Shown: positions 56,338 to 64,000 of the stretch, one piece after another
Numbering within the stretch: the stretch's first letter is position 1
Layout: each line of letters begins with the position of its first letter
Source of the DNA: Eledone cirrhosa
Taxonomy: Eukaryota
Length of the DNA stretch: 64,000 nucleotides
Assembly (NCBI GenBank): GCA_964016885.1
Contig: OZ024759.1
Span: 17,484,001 to 17,548,000, forward strand
Reading direction: 5' to 3'
The notes under the pieces: model-generated
Database searches by the model: none
Seen by the model: the letters and a program-made list of their open reading frames with translations, nothing else
What the model was told of the DNA's origin: nothing
Program-made: the position numbers and the translations under genes

Positions 56338-56415
56338 AAGCATTATACATATTTCAATGGCCTAGTTACATCATCCAATCATGATGCAAGACTTAGGCGA
56401 TTTCATCAGGTGTGG
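56338..56415 (-). ncRNA. Type I hammerhead motif with extended helix II, helix I decayed
   Basis: CTGATGA-AATCGCCTA..TTGCATCAT gattgg ATGATGTAA..TAGGCCATT-GAAA-TATGTA-TA. Confidence 0.65.
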
Positions 56416-56826
56416 ATCGTAAAATTACTTGATTCAAAACAGGGTTACAGCAAACAGAAACAGAGAATAGATTTGATTTGGAGATTTTGAAATGGCAAGA
56501 GCTCAGCTGTTGGACACTGGCTCTTTAAAAAATAGCCATACTCTACTATCCCAATTGTCAAATACTCTGTTGCATAATAGTCTAACTAGTTTTAAACTGG
56601 TTCTATCCTGTTTTATATACCCCCCCCCCCCATATATATATATAAAATGTTAGTTTGCTTGAAGCATTCTATATAAAATATAACGTTGGAAGAGCTAGAA
56701 AGCTAAACAATATTGAACAGATAAAAGAACAACAACAACAACAAAACAAAACAAAGATTACCAGGTAACTTTTACTTTCGGTTACAGTCCATTTTGTATT
56801 GTTTAGTCTTCTATCTCTTTCAACGT

Positions 56827-56865
<39 letters not shown>

Positions 56866-56980
56866 TTAGATATGTGTGTATGTTTGTGTCTTTATTTATA
56901 TGCATATATATATACATATTATGTATACATGGATCTGGAAATCTCAAGCCACATGTTTATATAAATATTGTGGGATGTTG

Positions 56981-57017
<37 letters not shown>

Positions 57018-57263
57018 GTGTGTATGTGTATATTATATATATGTATATGTGTGTATATATTATATATATTTATATACGTATGTTACATATACCTGCATTT
57101 GTAGATCTCAAGTCACATATGTTAAATTGATATTGTTGGTGTAGTTGTAGTAACATTTACTTCAAAGTACATCTCTAACTACACCTCTTGCCCTCTCTCT
57201 TATAAAGGGATAAGCATTGGAAACCTAAATATTGGATACAGTGGCTTATCTCTTTCTCTCTCC

Positions 57264-57360
<97 letters not shown>

Positions 57361-57388
57361 CAAAAGATGGTTAAAGGAGTTACATGTA

Positions 57389-57455
57389 TTTTATTATGCG
57401 CATTTCAAAAACAAACATCATCATGCAATAATATTTGTGTTTTCATCAGATAAAA
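57389..57455 (-). ncRNA. Intact type I hammerhead ribozyme, inverted identical copy
   Basis: Exact reverse complement of 57585-57651 within the palindrome centred on 57520. Confidence 0.85.
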
Positions 57456-57584
57456 CAGGAGGACATGATATGAAGGCTAAAAAACACTTGTGGATAGTGC
57501 AGTTTTAAATCAACATATCTGATATGTTGATTTAAAACTGCACTATCCACAAGTGTTTTTTAGCCTTCATATCATGTCCTCCTG

Positions 57585-57651
57585 TTTTATCTGATGAAAA
57601 CACAAATATTATTGCATGATGATGTTTGTTTTTGAAATGCGCATAATAAAA
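57585..57651 (+). ncRNA. Intact type I hammerhead ribozyme (PLE-associated type)
   Basis: TTTTAT-CTGATGA-[16-bp stem II, 1 mismatch, loop GCAT]-GAAA-TGCGCA-TA-ATAAAA. Helix I TTTTAT/ATAAAA, palindromic helix III ATGCGCAT, predicted AUA cleavage after 57645. Confidence 0.85.
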
Positions 57652-57782
57652 TACATGTAACTCCTTTAACCATCTTTTGATCTTATATATTATGTATACT
57701 CCAGTCCTACAAACTGTAGAGTGCTTCTTATCCGATATCTGCATTGCTTTATTGTACTACAATAAAACTCACCTCCTACATA

Positions 57783-57818
<36 letters not shown>

Positions 57819-57819
57819 C

Positions 57820-57850
<31 letters not shown>

Positions 57851-58166
57851 GATATATATCTATATCTATATATCTATATATAAATATATGTATGTATCTA
57901 TATCTATCTATCTATATATGTATATATATATATGTATCTATATCTATCTATCTATGTATATATATATGTATGTATCTATATCATAATCTGTATATATATA
58001 TATATATATACACATATATATCTCTCTCTCTATATATATGTATGTATCTATATCTATCTATCTATATATATATGTATGTATCTATATATATATATATATA
58101 TACACATATATATCTCTCTCTATATATGTATATATATCTATCTATCTATATATGTATATATATATG

Positions 58167-58197
<31 letters not shown>

Positions 58198-58282
58198 CTA
58201 TATCTATCTATCTATAAATGTATATATATATATATGTATCTATATCTATCTATCTATATATGTGTATATATATGTATGTATG

Positions 58283-58337
<55 letters not shown>

Positions 58338-61300
58338 GTATGTATATGTGTATGTATGTATATGTGTATGTATGTATCTATCTATATGTGTATGTATGTA
58401 TATGTGTATGTATGTATGTATGTATGTATCCATATCTATCTATATATGTATGTATCTATATCTATCTATATATGCATCTATATCTATCTATATATGCATG
58501 TATGTATGTATCTATATCTATCTATATATCTATATCTGTATATATCTCTCTCTATATATATATATATATGTATGTATATATATTTATGTGTATACTCTTT
58601 GAATATTATTTTAACATCTTCATAGTCTATCTAATTTCTTTGCTTGTCACTTGGCTTTTAAAAGTACTTACTACAAAGCCCATAATTTGGCAGTTTATAT
58701 ATGTGTATATACATATATATGTATATAGATTTATATATATGCATATACATATATATATGTATATAGATTTATATGTATGCATATACATATATATGTATAT
58801 AGATTTATCTGTATACATATATATGTTTATTTGTATACAAATACATAAGTATACATATGTATATATTCTCTTTGTATACAAATGTATATATGTATATATA
58901 TATATATATACATATGTGTGTGTGTGTGTTGTTCTTTTCTCTAAATGTTATTCTATAGCCTAAGATATATTGTTTGTTCTAGAGGCATTTTGTTGCATTT
59001 TGAAATCTCAAGATCTTTCTTTGAGTAGTTTATTCTATACAGCTAAAAAATATATCAAGAATACTTTTTCAAAGAGCTACTTCTGATTCTATCGCATCTT
59101 TTTTTTTTTTTTATTCAGAATTCTTTTCATTGATTTGTTATCATTAGTTCTGTTTTTGGTTCTATTTTACGAACATCAAGTCATCTTGAAATATTGACAG
59201 AACAGATTATTAAATGATAAGAATGAAAGAGTCTACTCCCAGCATGTGCCTGGAGGTCGGATAATGATATTTGGGAGAGAGGGCGCCACCCTTTGCTGAG
59301 TCAAAGGTGATTGTGGATCTCTGGGCTTCCGCAAATAGCCTCAGGTATTCGGTTTTCTGTATCAGGACTGAATGCCTAATTGAGTTGCCTACTTGCTATA
59401 TACATTTATTCCCCAATTTTGTTTTGGAGAGGCTATGTAGCCAGTACCAGTAAAAGAGACATCCAAGCTATTTAGCCAATAAAAGTGTCAGACGCCATAT
59501 GTTGCAGCCCAAGTTAAGACAGTTTGAGATCTTTTCCACCATCACTTGTTAACTTAGTCATCATCTTATAATTCTGCTTGTGTTTAGTCCATTCATAATT
59601 TACGTTACACTTTAGTAACATACACACACACATTTACTAAGTTTCATACACACATATCTACTGAGTGACATACACACACATCTACTGATTTCCATGGCTT
59701 AAGAATTTTTGCAGAGTCAAATATTTTCGAAATTAAGAATTTTAGCAGAAAGTCAAGACCTGGGTTAAAGTCACTAGTCACTAGCTGGGTTCTAAAACAT
59801 TATTTATTATTTAGTGGTAAAATGAGCCTCCTGGACCCTGGTTAGGGTTGCATCCCTTTAGGGTTTACTGGTAAAATAAACTTAAAAAGCATGTCTCTCT
59901 ATTTTGCAGGGACCGGCTATGTAGCCTATTCTTATTTATTTCTTAATTTCATGTAAATCTCCCACCTTCATGTTGTAAATTTTCTTTGTCTTTATCATCC
60001 AATGCCTTTGAGGCAATTAAAAGACATCATCATCACCATCATTATTATTGTTTGACTATTTATCATGACCAACTTTAATGTTGCTTTGGGCCCAAATTAT
60101 TTTAGGGAATACTGGTAACAACATCGAGACACTTCTACCCATGATGGAGAATAGAGACCAGTAGCAATAGTAACTATGAAAGCTTCTAGAGTAGCACCCC
60201 AACGACTGGCTAGATAGTAGAGGGACTGTGTGACTGTGGAGTGTTCATGGTCCCAGTTTGCGAGATATTTCCACCTCTGTGGATTCAACAAAAAACCTTT
60301 CTAACTTACAGGGCTCATTTTTTTTGGATGGCCATCTTCTTTCCTGATCACAGAATGCAAAGGGGGTGGTCGTTTAGGGACCTAGTTTACCAAATGTTTC
60401 CACAATAACAGTAGGGAGCAGCCAATACTTTCAAGAAAAGTATATATTATACATACTTTATTCTTAAATTATTTTGGGCTCTTTTTTCCACCATGTTATT
60501 TCTACTGCCAAAGCTATTTATATATTCATATACCAGTTTGTAACATTTTGAAATCTCAATTATTTTCATTATCCATTGTTTTATATATTCTACACACACT
60601 TATGTATAAATATTCAATTATTTAACCATAATATAGTATGTGTCAGTTAAGGGTCAAATTTATTGACTTTTACCCTTTAAAGCTTGGTAGTAAATCTTGA
60701 CACACCCTCCCCTACAAAGAAATCATTGCTTGCTGAAAAGTTCAACTACCAAACATCAATTATAATTATGATTAAATTGGATTACTTTTTTAATAATATA
60801 TTCTATAATTGAATATAGAAAACTGTTTATATTTATAGAACTGAATATAATTTAGGATTCCATTTCTTATGCTCTTTGCAACTCTATGTTCACACATCAT
60901 TTTAACACTTTCAGGGCCATTATTATAATGAAATAAACTGCTTATATTTTGGGTGGAGCTGATTTTAATGAGGATGGCATATTCTTACTTTATTTTATCA
61001 ACCCCAAAAGGACAAATTGTAGTGTTGATTTCGGAGGGAATTTGAACACAGTATCTAGAAAGTGGGAATAAATGTGAGGAAACATTTGGTCGTACACTCT
61101 AGCAACTTTGCCATCTTGCTATACATATCCAGCCAGTTCACTCTGTAAAATGATAGCATTAGTGCCAAGATAATATGCACCCAGTATACTCTGTAACATC
61201 GCCACAATAAAATGCAGCCATTATACTCTATATGTAGTAGTGCTGGTGCCACAATAAAATGAACCTCTTACTCTATGTAAAGTGATATTGCTGCTGCCTC

Positions 61301-61837
61301 TGTAAAATGCACCCACCCGACTCTGTAAAGTGGTAGTGTTTGTTTCTTGATAAAATGCATCCACTACATGCTATGAAGTAGTTGGTGGCAGAAAATGCAT
61401 CCGGCATCCAGCTATAGAAATCATCCTAAAATGGAATATATGGGCAAACTGTCGTCATCCAACCTCTCATAGGCTCAGAATGGGATATGTCCAACCCATG
61501 CCAACATAGAAAATGGACATAAATGGGTGGTGGTGATGATGATATTTCTTTTTTTCTTTTACTTGTTGCAGTCATTAGACTGTGGCCATGCTGGGGCACT
61601 GCTTTGATTTAGTCAATCATATTGATGTCTGCACTTATCGATTTGCTATTTTTGTCAAACTCAAACAAGTATAAAACATAAACACAAACACATGCCTATC
61701 CATCTATGTAATCTATTTTATTTATTTAATCTATGTTTCTCTTATATGTATGTATGTGTATGTATATACTTCCTTCCTATCAATTCTTCAACAGTTTTTT
61801 CATTTTCATACAAATATATATATATATATCCATATAA

Positions 61838-61982
61838 AACGAAGGAGTTGTGGTAAGGAACCAGATCGACCATAACGCACCAGAGTACTCAATACTTAGG
61901 GTAGTAGAGTGGGTAATAGGAAAATGTATGACCCCGACAGCAGAGCTCAAGCTTGAGCTCTGCTGTGGGGGTCATACATTTT

Positions 61983-62016
<34 letters not shown>

Positions 62017-62215
62017 AAAAAAGTCAGGACCTCGATGGCTGAGCTTCGGCCGTTACGACAGCTGGATCCAAACTCGGGTTCGGATCTAGCTGTTGAAACG
62101 GCCGGAGCTCAGCTGTTGGGGTCCTGGTTCTTTTCCTTTTACCCACTCTACTACCCTGAGTATTGAGTACTCTGGTGCGTTATGGTCCACCTGGTATCTT
62201 ACCACACCCTCTTTG

Positions 62216-62217
<2 letters not shown>
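61838..62217. mobile_element. Two HHR-type terminal-repeat fragments with internal fold-backs; third copy at 62821-62990
   Basis: Shared ~100-bp arm ending ..GGTTCCTTACCAC, HHR 3' half GAAAC-GGC ttgagctct GCC-GTC-GGGGTC, and palindromes at 61916-61987, 62013-62137 and 62823-62907. Confidence 0.65.
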
Positions 62218-62260
<43 letters not shown>

Positions 62261-62312
62261 TACAAGTAAACAGGTTTAAAAGCTCAAGGATGCATCAAAT
62301 ATAAACTTTATT

Positions 62313-62387
62313 CACAAATGACATTTGTTTCAATATCGATCACGAAGACCGAGGTCGGACTCTGTATCGACAGCTCATCAGATGTGT
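62313..62387 (-). ncRNA. Type I hammerhead motif with long helix II
   Basis: cacat-CTGATGA-GCTGTCGAT...ATCGATATT-GAAAC-AAAT-GTC-atttgtg followed by AATAAA. Confidence 0.62.
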
Positions 62388-62435
62388 TGGTTTATATGTG
62401 CAGAACACATTCAAACTCACTTACCTACCTCCTGC

Positions 62436-62467
<32 letters not shown>

Positions 62468-62611
62468 TTATATGATGGGCTTCTGCAGTTCATGTCTAGT
62501 AAAATCCACTCACAAATCAGTTAGACGTTTGTTCATATATATAAATATATATATATATATATACATTTATATAAATATATATATATATATTTATATATAT
62601 GAACACACACA

Positions 62612-62656
<45 letters not shown>

Positions 62657-62786
62657 ATATGTGACATATTTTGCGATGCAAGGCATTGTTGATCTTAGGC
62701 AAGTCCCTAGCTGGATTAAAAAAACCACATCCGTGATGCTCATACTTAAGTATCATGCAATGGCATTACTTGAGATCGAGTTGCAG

Positions 62787-62823
<37 letters not shown>

Positions 62824-63220
62824 AAAAGTATGACCCCGACGGCAGAGCTCAAGCCGTTTCGACGGCTATTTCTGGACCCAGAAATAGCCGTCGGGGTCAT
62901 ACTTTTTCCTATTTCCCACTCTACTACCCTAAGTATTGAGTACTCTGGTGCGTTATGGTCGATCTGGTTCCTTACCACAATTCCTTTGTTATATATATAT
63001 ATATGTGTGTATCCCGGGTTCAAAGAGGGGGCGGGGGTGTAACCACTGTAAGAAAGGTACTCAAAGCATAGCAGAGTATAAGTGTTTAATATAGAAATGG
63101 CTTCTACAGGACTGGAACTGTTTCATTCAAAGGAAATCATCATCTTTCCTGGTGATTTCCTTCGAATAAAACAATTCTAGTCCTGTAGAAGCCATTTCTA
63201 TAGCAAACATTTATACTCTG

Positions 63221-63268
<48 letters not shown>

Positions 63269-63271
63269 ACT

Positions 63272-63317
<46 letters not shown>

Positions 63318-64000
63318 GATGAGGATCCTTTTCCAGCAAAGCTCCTCTCTGCCACCACCACTACCATCTTACACCCGTTTACAACCACTGCTACATACAA
63401 TATATCTTGTCTCTTACATTATGATATGTTTTACATTTATAATGACAGCCTTCTTATTAAAAAGACACAGATTAATGGATATTCTAAAGATATGAGAGAT
63501 GCGATATTTGGAAATGCTTAGGCTTAGAAATTGTATTTTCTATTGGACATGGGATATTGGATATTTCACAGTTACAGTTAGAGAAACAATGACAACAATA
63601 ACATCAGCAACAGCAATAATAATGGGAATAACAACAATAACAACAACAACATTATAATAATAATAATGATAATAATAATAATAATGATAATAATAATAAT
63701 AATAATAATAGTAATAATAATAATAGGTGTGAGGAAGACACTCTGTATAGAACGGAAACAATACTGAAGGAAAAGGAAAAAAAACAACAACAATAATAAT
63801 AATAATAGTAATAATAATAATAACAATGGGAGCAAAATGGTGATGATGATTTTATAGCAACATAAACAGAACATCATAATGATAGTAGTAATGATAATAA
63901 TAATAACAATGTCAACATTGGGAGCAACATGGTGGTATTGATGATGATGATGATATAGCAGCATAAAAATAATTGTTTCTACATTTGGCACAAGGCCAGC

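Noticed and set aside
60310-60343. 34-nt minus-strand exon with GTAAGT donor
   Set aside because: It rests on splice-like signals alone, cannot be linked to other exons, and encodes no recognisable peptide.

Overview
AT-rich, repeat-dense eukaryotic DNA, most likely an octopod cephalopod (inferred from the tRNA-derived SINE families, RTE LINEs and kilobase-scale (TA)n/(TATG)n fields). No host protein-coding exon can be firmly supported, and almost all long ORFs in the track are microsatellite artefacts. The real coding remnants are transposon-derived: a 5'-truncated RTE-clade LINE with an open RT plus PHD-like finger (32050-33477, minus), other RTE fragments, Penelope-like element (PLE) GIY-YIG fragments and an R4/Dong-like 3' end. 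The window also holds about 28 copies of a strand-biased tRNA-head SINE, CORE-like SINEs, piggyBac/hAT/Tc2/Tigger-type MITEs and several minisatellites. The most striking hidden layer is about 25 type I hammerhead-ribozyme (HHR) motifs from several sequence-unrelated families, some intact and many decayed. They usually abut (TA)n, often form inverted pairs (one in a perfect 323-bp palindrome), and are repeatedly followed by a shared ACTC...GAGT(A/G)C hairpin. All folds and counts were derived by eye and are not computed.
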